From Malacoraja senta (lineage: Eukaryota), in the NCBI GenBank assembly GCA_038087875.1, contig CM075989.1, positions 21,578,001-21,642,000 on the forward strand: a DNA stretch of 64,000 nt. Direction: 5' to 3'. Position 1 is the stretch's first letter, and the number at the start of each line of letters is the position of its first letter. The position numbers were made by a program, and so were the translations under genes. Positions 50,208 to 64,000 of this stretch are shown one piece after another. The notes beneath the pieces are model-generated. The model ran no database searches and was not told the DNA's origin. It saw nothing but the letters and a program-made list of their open reading frames with translations.

Positions 50208-50521
50208 TAGTTTATCTTATGTTAGTTTAGAGATACAGCGCGGAAACAGGCCCTTCAGCCCACCCAGTCTGCGCCGACCAGCGATCCCTAACACCATCCT
50301 ACACTATGGACAATTTTGACATTTACCAAGCCAATCAACATACAAACCTGTACGACTTTGGAGTGTGGGGGGAAACCGGAGCACCCGGAGAAAACCCACG
50401 CAGGTCACGGGGAGAACGTACAAACTCCATAAGGACTGCACCCGTCGCCAGGATCGAACCCGGGTCTCTGGCGCTGTGAGCGCTGTAAGGCAGCATCTCT
50501 ACCGCTGCTCCACCGTGCCAC
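50208..50521 (-). mobile_element. V-SINE
   Basis: Full head to tail. Confidence 0.9.
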
Positions 50522-51165
50522 CTTGTGCGTTTTGCGGCGATCATGCCCAACGACTTAGCCCAGGGATCTTTGTTCAGCCCGCAGGTTACAAGCAAGCTTG
50601 TGACTTGATTTGCATGTCTACACTAAACCTTAGAAGGGAAACACAAAACAACTCGTGAATGAATCTGAAACACAATACTGTGGGGCTAGGCTAGACATTA
50701 TACTAAAACAATTAATGCGGAGAAGGTAAGTCATGACTGATGTACACTTTTGTGGTGTAGATCTATTACACTGGAACCTGTCCTTTCAAAAAATGTAAGG
50801 TAATGTACATGGGAAATCCCATGGAGAACAGAAAGTTAAAGCCCTCTCAACTACTATTACTTTCTTGACTTTACATCACAAAATGCCATTCTCATTGCCT
50901 TTGTTCAGTTTGTGCCTCACTTAATTTATCTTGATGGATTGAATAGCAATTTCTCAATCCTGCTTTCTTATGTTCTCCTTGTTCTAAAGAATGGACAGAG
51001 TCTCTGCCCTAGTTGAAGTTTCCTGATACCGACTGACCTAGATATCTTAAAATGGATCATCTGTTTTTAAGGTACTGTTAAAACAGGCCTGATTATACCC
51101 AATTAGAGATATCTATCACAGCCCAACAATCGGAGAGCCCAGAAGGAGGCCATTTAGTTGATTGT

Positions 51166-51339
51166 GTAGGAAGGAACTGCAGATGCTGGTTTACACCGAA
51201 GATAGACACACAATGCTGGAGTAACTCAGCGGGACAGGCAGCATCTCTGGAGAGAAGGGATGGGCGATGTTTCCCATTCCTTCTATCCAGAGATGCTGCC
51301 CATCCCGCTGTTACTCCTGCATTTTGTGTCTATCTTCCC
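51166..51339. mobile_element. Palindromic PLE insertion with a 13-bp TSD
   Basis: tttagttgattgt (51153-51165) and tttaattgattgt (51340-51352). Confidence 0.8.
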
Positions 51340-52143
51340 TTTAATTGATTGTACCTCCACTTGTTCATTGAGAGAGTTATCCAAATATTTTCTCCTGTTC
51401 TTACCCTATAACCCTAGATGCTGGAATCCCGAGCAAAACACAAAGTGCTGGAGTAACTCTGCAGGACAGGCAACATCTCCGGAGGACATGGATGGGCAAC
51501 TTTTCGGGTGGGGACCCTTCTTATCTGCACACTGTAAATGGCTCGATTGTAATCATGTATTGTCTTTCCGCTGACTGGTTAGCATGCAACAAAAGCTTTT
51601 CACTTTACCTTGGTACATGTGACAATAAACTAAACTGAACTGCTCAGGCTAATATAAATATGTTGTGAGCGTAACTCATAAATAAAATAATTCATAAATT
51701 ACTCAAATAACATGGCACAAATAAAACTAATATGTGTCCCACCTGGATGTATTCCCATTCCTTCCATTATCCCACTTCCTTTCCCCCACCCCACCCACAC
51801 TCTTCCACCTAAATCCATTCCTCACTATTCACTATTCACTCCTGTTCCCTCCTTATCTCACACCCTTTTGTCTCTTTTTCACCCCTGGCCTTTGTCCACC
51901 CATCTGCCAGTCAACCCCTCTCACTTGTATCCACCTTCACTTGTGTGTTGGGAAGGAACTGCAGATGCCGGTTTATACCGAAGATGGACGCAAAGTGCTG
52001 GAGTAACTCAACGGGTCAGGCAGCATCTCTGGAGAACAAGGATGGGTGACAATTCAGGTCAGAACCCTTCTTCAGACTGACTGTAGCAGGGAGGGAGAAT
52101 GTTGAAAGAAAGCTGGGGGTGCGACAAAGCTAGGCAAGCGACT

Positions 52144-52467
52144 TAGTTTAGTTTAGTTTAATTTAGTGGTTTAGTTTAATTTAGTTTCGGGATACAGCAT
52201 GGAAACAGGCCCTTCGGTCCACCGAGTCCACGCCAACCTGCGATAAACTGTCCACTACTTCTATCCTAGATACTAGGGGACAATTTACAGAGGCCAATTG
52301 ACCTACAAGGCCTGCACATCCTTGGAATGTGGGAGGGAACCAGAGCACCGGTAGAAAACCCACGCGGTCACGGGGAGAACGCACAAACTCCGTACAGGCA
52401 GCACCCTTAGTCAGGATCGAACCCGGGTCTCTGGCGCTGTGAGGCAGCAGCTCTACCGCTGCTCCAC
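52144..52467 (-). mobile_element. V-SINE
   Basis: Full head to tail. Confidence 0.88.
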
Positions 52468-53250
52468 TCCACCAGTGGATAGTCTATTCAAACCGAAAAT
52501 TAAATATTTTTTATAGGAAGGAACCGCAGATGCTGGTTTACACCGAAGATAGACACAAAATGCTGGAGTAACTCAGCGGGACAGGCAGCATCTCTGGAGA
52601 GAAGGAACGGGTTGATGTTTCAGAACGAGACCCTCCTTCAGATGGAGAGAATATTTTGCATGGCTCTATTTATGTATTAAATCTCTCTTTGAATATCAGC
52701 AATTGGACTTGGTTAATGTTCAATAATATGATCTGCTTCAATTAACATAGTTACGCTAGCGTACATGTATGGACAGGAGCCCAAACAGCAGGTGTTATTT
52801 TAATACTAGCACAGGCCCTACACTCCCTTGTTAGCAAGACTATTACATTTTGCTAGATTAGATTTCTCAATGGTCCAGAATGGGAACATGCAGAACCAGA
52901 GATAATTTGACACATTCCATTAACCTGGGCAGCACTTCAAAACTGACTTCAAAGTCCATATTTGGATTTACCTAACACAACTCAATTTGGTCGGGGTAAT
53001 TTCCAGCCCCATAGCTCAATCTGATCTGAGCAAACATGGTCTCTTTAGTAGAAGGCCAGATTACTGCTAAATGGTTAACATGGGAAATGCCACAGTATGC
53101 AAGTTTTCTCGCTACACATGTAGAAATAGGGAGTTATTTATCTGTGCCCAAAGAGTTGCTTTGCGTACGTGTAAAGATTAAGAAGTCAGCTTCAGAATCT
53201 TCTCAGGGACTTAACACTGTCCCTGTGATACGTGGAAACATAGAGTCTTA

Positions 53251-53567
53251 AGGGCCTGTCCCACTTGGGCGATTTTTTAGGCAACTACAGGCGACTAGTT
53301 TGTTGCCACATGTTCGCCGGGAGTAGTCTCCTCAGTCGCGCAAAAAGTCGTAGCATCTTTCTGGTCGGCGATAAATTTTCAACATGTTGAAAAAAAATTG
53401 CGACAGTGGGGTTGACTCCAAAGAGCATAGCTTGACTTCTCCTGACGTAGGTGCTGTCGTAGGTTGTCGCCAGGATAACGTAGGTTGTCGCCGGTTTTTC
53501 GGTGACCTGCTACGACCACGACAGTCGCCGGCAGTTGCCTGAAAAATCGCCAAGTGGGACAGGCCCA
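53251..53567. mobile_element. MITE, PIF/Harbinger-like
   Basis: tta|agggcctgtcccacttgggcgattttt ... aaaaatcgccaagtgggacaggccca|tta. Confidence 0.85.
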
Positions 53568-53594
53568 TTAGCATCCTAATGGTGCTTGAACCTC

Positions 53595-54260
53595 ATACAA
53601 ATTGGAGGAACAGCACCTCATATTTCACTTGAGTAGCTTACAACCCAACAGTATGAACGCATATAGACACAAAAAGCAGGAGCAACTCAGCGGGTCAGGC
53701 AGCATCTCTGGAGAAAAGGAATAGGTGGCGTTTCGGGTCAAGACACTTCCTCACACTTAGAGTCAGAGGAAGGGGAAACGAGAGATAGAGATGGTGATAT
53801 AGAGAGATATAGAACAAATGAATGAAAGAGGATAGACAAAAGTGTTGGAGAAACTCAGCGGGTGCAGCAGCATCTATGGAGCGAAGGAAATAGGCAACTT
53901 TTCGGGCCAAAACCCTTCGAAGGGTTGCGAAGGGTTTCGAAGTTTCATTGCGAAGGGTTTCATTGGGTTTCATTGCGAAGGGTTTCGGCCCGAAATGTTG
54001 CCTATTTCCTTCGCTCCATAGATGCTGCTGCACCCGCTGAGTTTCTCCAACATTTTTGTCTACCTTCGATTTTTCAGCATCTGCAGTTCCTTCTTAAACA
54101 CAAATGAATGAAAGATGTGCACAAAGTAACAATGAACAAGGAATGGTGAAGCCCGCGATGGTCCATCGTTGGCTGTGGTTTAGGGGTTAACGAGTTAGAC
54201 AGACAGCAAAACTCAACAGGGCGACAGTCAAACTGAACTCTCTCATTTTAAGTAACCTCT
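53595..54260. mobile_element. Nested PLEs: GIY-YIG end (+) containing a pLTR A (-) containing a palindromic pLTR B
   Basis: KLEEQHLIFHLSSLQPNSMN at ~53600-53658 resumes at ~54235; 16-bp TSD acaaatgaatgaaaga at 53814-53829 and 54100-54115. Confidence 0.8.
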
Positions 54261-54332
54261 ACATACACTTCCCTCCCCTCCCCCCTCTCCCCTCGCCCCC
54301 TTCCTCCCTCCAAGTCATTTTAATCTAGATCT

Positions 54333-54700
54333 ATTCAAGAGAGAGTTAGATATAGCTCTAGAGGGCTAATGGAATCAAGGGATATGGGGAGAAAGCAGGA
54401 ACGGGGTACTGACTTTGGATGTGTAAGAAAGAACTGCAGATGCTGGTTTAAATCCAAGGTAGACACAAAATGGTGGAGTAACTCAGCGGGACAGGCATCA
54501 TCTCTGGAGAGAAGGAATGGGTGACTTTTTGGGTCGAGACCCTTCTTCAGACTGATTTTGGATGGTCAGCCATGATCATATTGAATGGCGGTGCTGGTTG
54601 ATAGAAAGATAGAAAACAATGGCAGGAGTAGGCTATTCGGCCCTTCAAGCCACCACCACCATTTCGAAGGGCCGAATGGCCTACTCCTGCACCTATTCTC
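54333..54700 (+). mobile_element. CR1 3' end interrupted by a PLE (54422-54550, 14-bp TSD) and an inverted CR1 tail
   Basis: actgactttggatg (54408-54421) and actgattttggatg (54551-54564). Confidence 0.8.
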
Positions 54701-55552
54701 TATTTTACTATGTTTACCAGTTCCATCAGTTCTCCACATTGCGTCCCTCTTGGGGTCACACCTTCCCTGGCCAACAATGGGCCCAGCAGGACACCACCTG
54801 GCCTGAGGTCTTTTCTTGCCACCAGCTCTTCCCCACCCACTTCCGCCTCTTCTTCCCCCTCCCCCACCCCCTTTACCCACCCCCCCCCACTCTCAGTCTG
54901 AGGAAGGATCACGACCTGAAACGTCACCCATCCTTTTTCTCCAGAATTGCTGCCAGACCTGTCGAATTACTCCAGCATTTTGTGTTTGTCTTTGGTATAA
55001 ACCAGCATCTGCAGTTCCTTGTTACTACATGTCAACTCTTCACTTCTCTACATATTGAGATGTTCCTTATGACCCACCTACTGCATGAAATATCTCTGTG
55101 TGCAGCTTAATGTTTGATCAGGCCCAAGTGAGACATCCAGTGATGTTTCGATGAACCACTAACATCTGTAGTTATTGACAATGCCACAGGACATTGAGTG
55201 GTTATAAGGTAACTAGCCGCTTTATCCAACATATCATCAATAAGTCATCAATGGGAGAGCAAATAAGAAGATCATAGCAGTCCTCCCCTGCTGTGAAAAT
55301 GTAATCTGAAGAAAGGTCTTGAGCCAAAACATCACCCATTCCTGCCCTGCAGAGATGCTGCCTGTCCCGCTGAGTTACTCCAGCATTTTGTGTCTGTCTC
55401 CTTAATCTGGTTCTCTTTGTATTACTTTATCGTTTTGTGTGAGTGACTTGGCTGCAGACTGAGGGCTGTTAAAATTACATCATTGACAATAAAGTCATTC
55501 ATACCGTCCTGAAATGGGATGTGAAAGGTGCTATATTAGTGCAAGTCTTCAG

Positions 55553-55858
55553 ACTTTAGACTTCAGAGGTATGGCGCGGAAACAGACGCTGTGGCCCACC
55601 GTGTCCGCGCCGGCCAGCAATCACCCCGTACACTAACACTATCCTAGGGACAATTTACAATCTTTACCTAATCCAATTAACCCACAAACCAGTACGTCTT
55701 TGGAAGTGTGGGAGGAAACCGGAGCACCCGGGGAAAACCCGGGCGGTCACGGAGGGGGACGTACAAACTCCGTACAGGCAGCACCCATAGTCAGGATGCA
55801 ACCCGGGTCTCTGGCGTTGTGAGGCAGCAACTCTACCGCTGCGCCACCGTGCCGACCC
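55553..55858 (-). mobile_element. V-SINE
   Basis: Full head to tail. Confidence 0.88.
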
Positions 55859-56299
55859 TTCCAGAATCTTTCTTTTTTCTCTCTCACAACAGCCCAGAGG
55901 AATTACTTGGCCTGCTGCCGCACCATTAACACCATCACCTTTAACTTTGAATAAACTTTCAGGGAATAGAGTGTGAGTCATCAACGATATAAAACTGACA
56001 ATATAAATATGTTAAAAGTTGAAAATATGTACTAACGTGAATAAGTCTTGTGAGTGTTTTTAACATTAAAGACATTCCAGTCACCACTATTGTTCTGAAG
56101 GCATTCACTTATATAAAATAAATACCTTATTGCTCCAGTTACACTAGCAGTCAGTATAATGTCAGAGTGCCATATTAAATGCCTATAAGCCCCTATTGCC
56201 CTTTTGACCTTGTCTAAAAGGTTTATTTTCTCACATTGGAAATTAACAGTCATGCATATCATCGTCATTAAAAAATAACTCACGTGCAGGAACTCAAGT

Positions 56300-56607
56300 G
56301 GGGCGGCGCGGTGGCGCAGCGGTAGAGTTGCTGCCTCACAGCGCCAGAGACTCGGGGATCGATGCTGACTACGGGTGCTGTCTGTGCGGAGTTTGTACGT
56401 TCTCCCTGTGAATTCGTGTGTTTTCTCCGGGTGCTCCGGTTTCCTCCCACACCCTGATGACGTGCTGGTTTGTAGATTAATTGGCTTCTGTAAATTGTAA
56501 ATTGTCCCTCGTGTGTGTAGGATATTGCTAGTTTAAGGGGTGATCGCTGGTCTGCGTGGACGTTGGGCCGAAGGGCCTGTTTCCACGCTGCATCTCCAGG
56601 GTCTAAA
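56300..56607 (+). mobile_element. V-SINE
   Basis: Full head to tail. Confidence 0.88.
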
Positions 56608-56681
56608 GTTGAAACATATATACGTGCTGGGTTGTTGATACATCGGAACCCACATTCCAAAGACGTGCAGGTTTGTAGATT

Positions 56682-56823
56682 GTGTCGGAAGGAACTGCAG
56701 ATGCTGATTTACACTGAAGATAGACACTGAAGGAGGGTCTCGACCCGAAACGTCACCCGTTCCTTCTCTCCAGAGATGCTGCCTGTCCCGCTGAGTTACT
56801 CCAGCTTTTTGTGTCTATTTCTT
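56682..56823. mobile_element. Palindromic PLE inserted in a V-SINE 3' half, 14-bp TSD
   Basis: caggtttgtagatt at 56668-56681 and 56824-56837. Confidence 0.85.
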
Positions 56824-57187
56824 CAGGTTTGTAGATTAATTGGCTTCTGTAAATTGTCTCTAGTGTGTAGGATAGAACTAGTGTACGGGTGATCGATGGT
56901 CAGCATGGACTCGATGGGCCGAAGGGCCTGTTTCCGCACTGTATCTCAGAACTTTAAACTACCAAAAGGAGTTGCATTTTGTAATTGTAAATAGGACTGA
57001 CTGCTTTTGACTCCAGATTGCAATCTTATGGATTATTAATGGGACTACTCACATTTCCCTGTTGATATTAACCACTCTGGTACAGATGGGAGAAGGTTTC
57101 CCGTTTGGCAACAAAGGCATCTCCTCAGCAAGCTCATAAGCAGACTGGAAACAGCTTTCAAAGTTGCCAAACATCACTGGACACTGT

Positions 57188-58644
<1,457 letters not shown>

Positions 58645-59606
58645 AAACAAACCAACCATCCACATCACACACTACAACAGCTCAGAGAACAACAACAAGA
58701 ATGTTTCAGTGAATACACTCACATGGTAGATATAGGGCAGGTACACCAGTTTAAACCCAAAACAGTCCTGTTCATCTTTGGTACATCAGTTAAGTGTTAT
58801 TGTCACGTGTACAGTGGTACTGAGGTACAGTGAACAGCTAACCAGTCAGCAGAAAGACAATACTGTCAATCCATTTACCATGTATAGATAGATATATGAT
58901 AAGGGAATAGCATTTAGTGCAAGGTAAAGCCATCAAAGTCCAGTCAAGGATAGTCTGAGGGACATCAAAGAGGTAGATAGTTGTTCAGTTTACTTTGGAG
59001 ATGCAGGGTGGAAACAGGCCCTTCAGCCCATCAAGTCCTCACCTGCATACTACTTCTATCCCACACACACTAGAGACAATTTACAGAAGCCAATTAACAC
59101 AAATTATTGCACTATTTACATTAAAGCTGTGACAGCAACAGTGGATGGAGTCTGGAATTCTGCCGTGCTCACTAGGTGAAAATAATTCCCAGGAGCCTAG
59201 CCCGGAAATGTTCTCATATCCCATGCCAGGTCCTCTTCCTCCAGCTTCTGTGCTCCCCCCCTTCCACCCCCCCTCCCCCCCACCACCATGGGTCTAACCT
59301 CTCATAACTGCATAGTAGACCCCAATAAAATCTTGCAACCCCCCCCCCCCCCCACCCCTCTGCCATGTTCTGAAGGGCTGATAAGTTCCACTACACTGTG
59401 TTGGAAGGAACTGCAGATGCTGGTTTACACCAAAGATAGAAAAGAAAATGCTGGAGTAACATAGTGGGTCAGGCAGCATCGCTGGAGTGAAAAGAATAGG
59501 TGACGTTTTGGGTCGAGGCGACTCTGATTTGCTCTGTACCTTTTCATACCTCTATCTTCAAGAGAGAGTTACGTTTAGCTCTTAGGGCTGAGGGAATCAA
59601 GGTATA

Positions 59607-60960
59607 TCAAGTCAAGTCAAGTCAATTTATTCATCGCAGACACATACGAGATGTGCAGTGAAATGAAAAAGTGGCGATGCTTGTGGATTGTGCAAAAAAC
59701 CTACAAAACAGAATGGAACAGAGTCACATATTCACATATTACAGGAGGAGGAGCTGTCTTGGGGAACGGCTGCTAACTTTTTTTTACTTAGTTTTTAGTT
59801 TTTCCTGTCTATGTCTCTTGGGGAATTTTGACTTTTAATGTGGGGGGGGGGGTAATGGGGAACTATTTTCTAGGTCCCTACCTGGTCGGTGAGGCAGCTT
59901 TTTCTCCGGGCTGCCCCGTCGACCTGTCCTTGCGGCCTACCAGCGGGCGTGGAGCGGCGTGGAGCAGCGTTTCCTGGCGGGAACTGCCAGGCACCTTCAG
60001 CTTCGGTGGCGGCACAGCGCTGGAGCGCTATCGCGGAGCGGAGCGGGCGATGCCTTGCCTGGGTCGCCGCGCTTGATCGACACGCTGGAGCTCCGGTGAG
60101 CTGTGACCGCCGAGCTCAACACCTCCGGGCTGCGGGACTGCGGAGCGGCCAGCCACGGGCTGCGGCACCGACCCTAACATCGGGAGCCTCGGAGCTCCAA
60201 ATGGGCGCGGCCTTGTTGGCTTCAGGTGCCACGGATTCCGGTAGGAAATCGGCCGTTCCAGCCATCCCAGCTGCTGCGAGGACTCTCCCGACGCCGGGAC
60301 AACTGCACCTGGTGAGAACGGCCAGGAACATCGGGCCTCCGTAGAGGCAACTGTGGAGGCCGCAATAGGCCTGACTTTGGGGTTGGGGACTGGACATTGT
60401 GCCTCCCCCCACAGTGGTAATCATTGTGGGAGGATGATTTTGTCTGTAAATGATATTTTATTTTGTGTCCAAGATGGCTGCCGGAGGGGAGAGTGGACGC
60501 TGGCACGCTTTAGCAGCCGCTGCTCTCTCTTCCATATTGTGTTTTTGATTTTTTTGTTTTTGGATTGAATTCTCTCTTTAATTTGTGTACTCGTGATGTC
60601 TTTACTATTTATTTCATTCCGCTTACATGTTTCTACACTTTGTTAAACTTTGTAAGGTGTCCTTGAGACTTTTGAAAGGCGCCCATAAATAAAATGTATT
60701 ATTATTATTATTATTATTATTATATTACATATTTGTGGGAGGAAAAAAACAGCAATTTAAAAAAGACATCACACAACAGTAGTTTGGTACAGTGTTAGTC
60801 CCTGGTGAGATAGGAGTTTACAGTCCTAATGGGCTGTGGGAAGAAACTCCTTCTCATCCTCTCCGTTTTCACAGCGTGGCAACAGAGGCGTTTGCCTGGC
60901 CGTAGCAGCTGGAACAGTCTGTTGCTGGGGTGGAAGGGGTCCCCCATGATCTTGTTGGCG
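59607..60960 (-). mobile_element. Rex1/Babar-like LINE 3' end hosting an insertion
   Basis: Minus strand AVKTERMRRSFFPQPIRTVN at ~60820-60875; (TTGAC)n tail at 59607-59624. Confidence 0.75.
59744..60721 (+). mobile_element. GC-rich non-autonomous retroelement with an L2-type 3' tail, 8-bp TSD
   Basis: TSD atattaca at 59736-59743 and 60722-60729; tail tgtaaggtgtccttgag...gaaaggcgcccataaataaaatg(tat)n. Confidence 0.7.
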
Positions 60961-62099
60961 GATATGGGGATAAAACGCAGGAACGGGGTACTGATATTGA
61001 ATGGCAGTGGCCTACTCCTACTCCTATGTTTCTAGGTTTCTATGTCTCCCTCTCCCCTGACCCTCAGTCTGAAGAAGGGTCTCGACCCGGAACGTCACCT
61101 ATTCCCTTTCTCCAGAGATGCTGCCGGACCCGCCGAGCGGCTCCAGCATGTTGTGCCAAGTTCCACCACACTGTTAAAACAAGTCCTTCCAACTTCCTCC
61201 TTCCAGCCCAATAATGAATATACCTGGCAGTGACGCTGGGAAATTCAATCTACGTGATGTAAGTGGCAGGAAACCGCTGGCAAGGGATATTCATTTCTGT
61301 GCACTGTGCCGTGCCTCGGCTTCTGAATACATAGTATGCCGTTGACCTTTATGAGGAGCACAGAGCCATGGCACTAATTCCTTTCCCCCTCACAATCTCG
61401 CAGAGCCGTTCCTTCACTCCGAGAGTCTCCCAGCGTATCTGAGCGCAATAAAAATAAAATTATTTGTTATCTAACCACTTTAAGCCGACTCCTTTATTTC
61501 CAATGAATTTGAGTTGTCCTTCCAACACTTGCTGCCACAGTGGGATTGCCCATTTTCATCTTGCTGAGCAACCTCTCTCATCTTGGAGCACAGCAGGAGA
61601 TTTGTACAACCAGGTCCCAGAGTGTAAGGCCATGCTGAAATAAAGATTATTGCTATGTTACAAAGCCAGGTTATTGTTGGATGGCTGCAGGCTTGTTGAT
61701 TTGCTGCTAAATTCTCATTGTTCCCCCAGGTCTTGATCATACTCATATTACAAGGTTTTTTTTCATTGACTGCAGCTTTTATCAACTGCTGCGACTGTAG
61801 ACTTCATTTTTTTCTTTTCAACATTTCACACGCACTATTCACGGTTTTCTGGCTACCTGATATACCAAGCACCTTGGACAACGTCGTTTTAATTCTGCAG
61901 ACATCACCTTTATTTCCCAATGTGTTTCCACCCTTAGTAGAAGGATCTGGGCTCTGCAAGTTGTATTACCGCAAATTTTATTTCGGTTTCAGAATCTAAG
62001 ATATCTCAAGAGTGCAATGTTATTTTAGAAAAACCACGTTCACTCTGTAAGAATAAGACAGCAAATGCTGCAAGTCTATTTTGATTAGAAGGCAATTGG

Positions 62100-62399
62100 G
62101 GGCGGCACGGGGGCGCAGCGGTAGAGTTGCTGCCTCACAGCGCCAGAGACCCGGGTTCCATCCTGACCTCGGTGCTGTCTGTACCGAGTTTGTACGTTCT
62201 CCCCGTGACTGCGTGGATTTTCTCCGGTGTGCTCTGATTTCCACCCACATTCCAAAGACGTGCATGTTTGTAGGTTAATTGGCTTCTGTAAATTGTCCCT
62301 GCAGTGTAGGATCGAACTAGTGTATGGGGTGATCGTTGGTTGGCGCAGACACGGTGGGCTGGGGGGCCTGTTTCCACACTGCATCTCTAAACTAAAATA
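62100..62399 (+). mobile_element. V-SINE
   Basis: Head, V core, tail. Confidence 0.88.
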
Positions 62400-63137
62400 C
62401 TAAGACAATTCATATGTAGTTACCGTAAGCGAAGATAATGCATTTGGCACGACAGCGAAGATTATGTTGAAGGTGAAAGAATAAACGCCTCAATACCTGA
62501 CAACGAAATTAATCATGCTTAGTTCACTTACATAATGTTTCGCTATTTTTAATAGGCATTGTATCTTTATGTAATATATGGCCATGTGATGTACCACTGA
62601 TATTTACAGGGTATGATGCATGCATTTCATTATAGAGTCTGTGTCTTCACTGTGTGATACATGTGTCTGGACACTTTGAATTGTACTGCAGTCCCAAGCA
62701 GTTCCCAATGTTGATCTTGCTTGCCAGCCTATTTCCAGCCCTTGTGGATGGATTAGAATGAGTTACGAGGCATGGACCATTTTTTTCTGCACCAGTCAGT
62801 GCTTTGGAAGAGAAAGAACTTTTGAAAATAGCACATTGGGGAAGAACAGCAACTGGCTGGGATGAATTCCCGCCAGGCTTTGAGCAAGAGCGCAGCGCGC
62901 GGACATCCCTGTGACTCCCTGAATGGAGATAAGTCACAGTTGGAAAAACTCTGCAGGAACATTAACTCACAATTGACACAATTACCAAGTCTTTTGCAAA
63001 TTGACTGTGGCGTGCTGGAATCAACATTGAAAGCTTTTGTGGGTGGATGGGGATGGGGATGGGGGGGTGTGTGGGGAACCCTATTTTTTTTTTTTATTGT
63101 GCTGCCGTCTAATATTAGAGTTCGGGGCATTCTGACA

Positions 63138-64000
63138 TAGTTTAGTTTAGTTTTAGAGATACAGCGTAGAAACAGACACTTCGGCTCGCTGAGTCCATGC
63201 CGACCGACGATCACCCGTAAAAAACAGTTCTATCCTACACGCTAAGGACAATTTAACAGAAGCCAGTTGACTTACACACCTGCATGTCTTTGGAATTTTA
63301 GTTTAGCTCAGAGATACAGTGTGGAAACAGGCCCTTCGGCCCACCGCGTCCAGCGATCACCCGTATGCTAGTTCAGGAAGGACATTCTTGCTATTGATGG
63401 AGTGCAGCGTAGGTTTACAAGGTTAATTCCCGGGATGGCGGGACTGTCATATGCTGAGAGAATGGAGCGGCTGGGCTTCTACACTCTGGGGTTTAGAAGG
63501 ATGAGAGGAGATCTCATTGAAACATATAAGATTGTTAAGGGCTTGGACACGCTAGAGGCAGGAAACGTGTTCCCAATGTTGGGGGAGTCCAGAACCAGGG
63601 GCCACAGTTTAAGAATAAGGAGTAAGCCATTTAGAACGGAGACGAGGAAACACTTTTTCTCACAGAGAGTGGTGAGTCTGTGGAATTCTCTGTCTCAGAG
63701 GGCGGTGGAGGCAGGTTCCCTGGATGCTTTCAAGAGAGAGCTGGATAGGGCTCTTAAAAATAGCGGAGTCAGGGGATATGGGGAGAAGGCAGGAACGGGG
63801 TACTGATTGGGGATGATCAGCCATGATCACATTGAATGGCGGTGCTGGCTCGAAGGGCTGAATGGCCTACTCCTGCACCTATTGTTTATTGTCTATTGTC
63901 TATTGTCCTACATGCTAGGGACAATTTACAGAATTAACCTACAAACCTGCACGTTTTGGGAGTGTGGGGGGACCCGGAGCAAACCCATGCAGGCAAAGGG
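63138..64000 (-). mobile_element. Stacked V-SINE 3' halves hosting a CR1
   Basis: SINE tails at 63138 and 63297; the second resumes at 63907. Confidence 0.8.
63375..63906 (+). mobile_element. Young CR1 3' fragment, (CTATTGT)n tail
   Basis: Uninterrupted ORF 63402-63806 VQRRFTRLIPGM..RTRGHSLRIR..FFSQRVVSLWNSL. Confidence 0.97.

Noticed and set aside
59889..60506. Overlapping 94-151 aa ORFs
   Set aside because: Expected from high GC content inside a TSD-flanked element; no domain motifs
62708..62914. Signal-peptide-like ORF MLILLASLFPALVDGLE with an in-frame TGA (selenoprotein idea)
   Set aside because: No recognisable SECIS or selenoprotein motif, very short, no homology recognised

Overview
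Vertebrate, most likely cartilaginous-fish (skate/ray-like), non-coding DNA; the taxon is inferred from the repeat families. No intact protein-coding gene, rRNA, true tRNA or CRISPR array is supportable, and nearly all track ORFs are translated repeats. The window looks like a large intron or intergenic desert, roughly half repeats. It holds about 40 copies or fragments of a tRNA-derived V-domain SINE (HE1-like), about 20 CR1 LINE fragments, Rex1/Babar-like tails, a truncated L1/Tx1 3' UTR, an L2-tailed non-autonomous element, a solo LTR, PIF/Harbinger-type MITEs and a 1.46-kb structured (CA)n tract. The main signal is a population of more than 20 short Penelope-like (PLE) pieces in two subfamilies. 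They carry a minimal hammerhead-ribozyme core, often sit as inverted pairs with 13-16 bp TSDs, and several keep the GIY-YIG C-terminus. Also notable: a ~1-kb decayed palindrome with a perfect 18-bp apex (4070-5068), a 1.4-kb foldback element with ~420-bp arms, a templated inverted insertion, and 4-level TE nesting. Family names come from motif recognition, not database search; many boundaries are approximate (about +/-10 bp).
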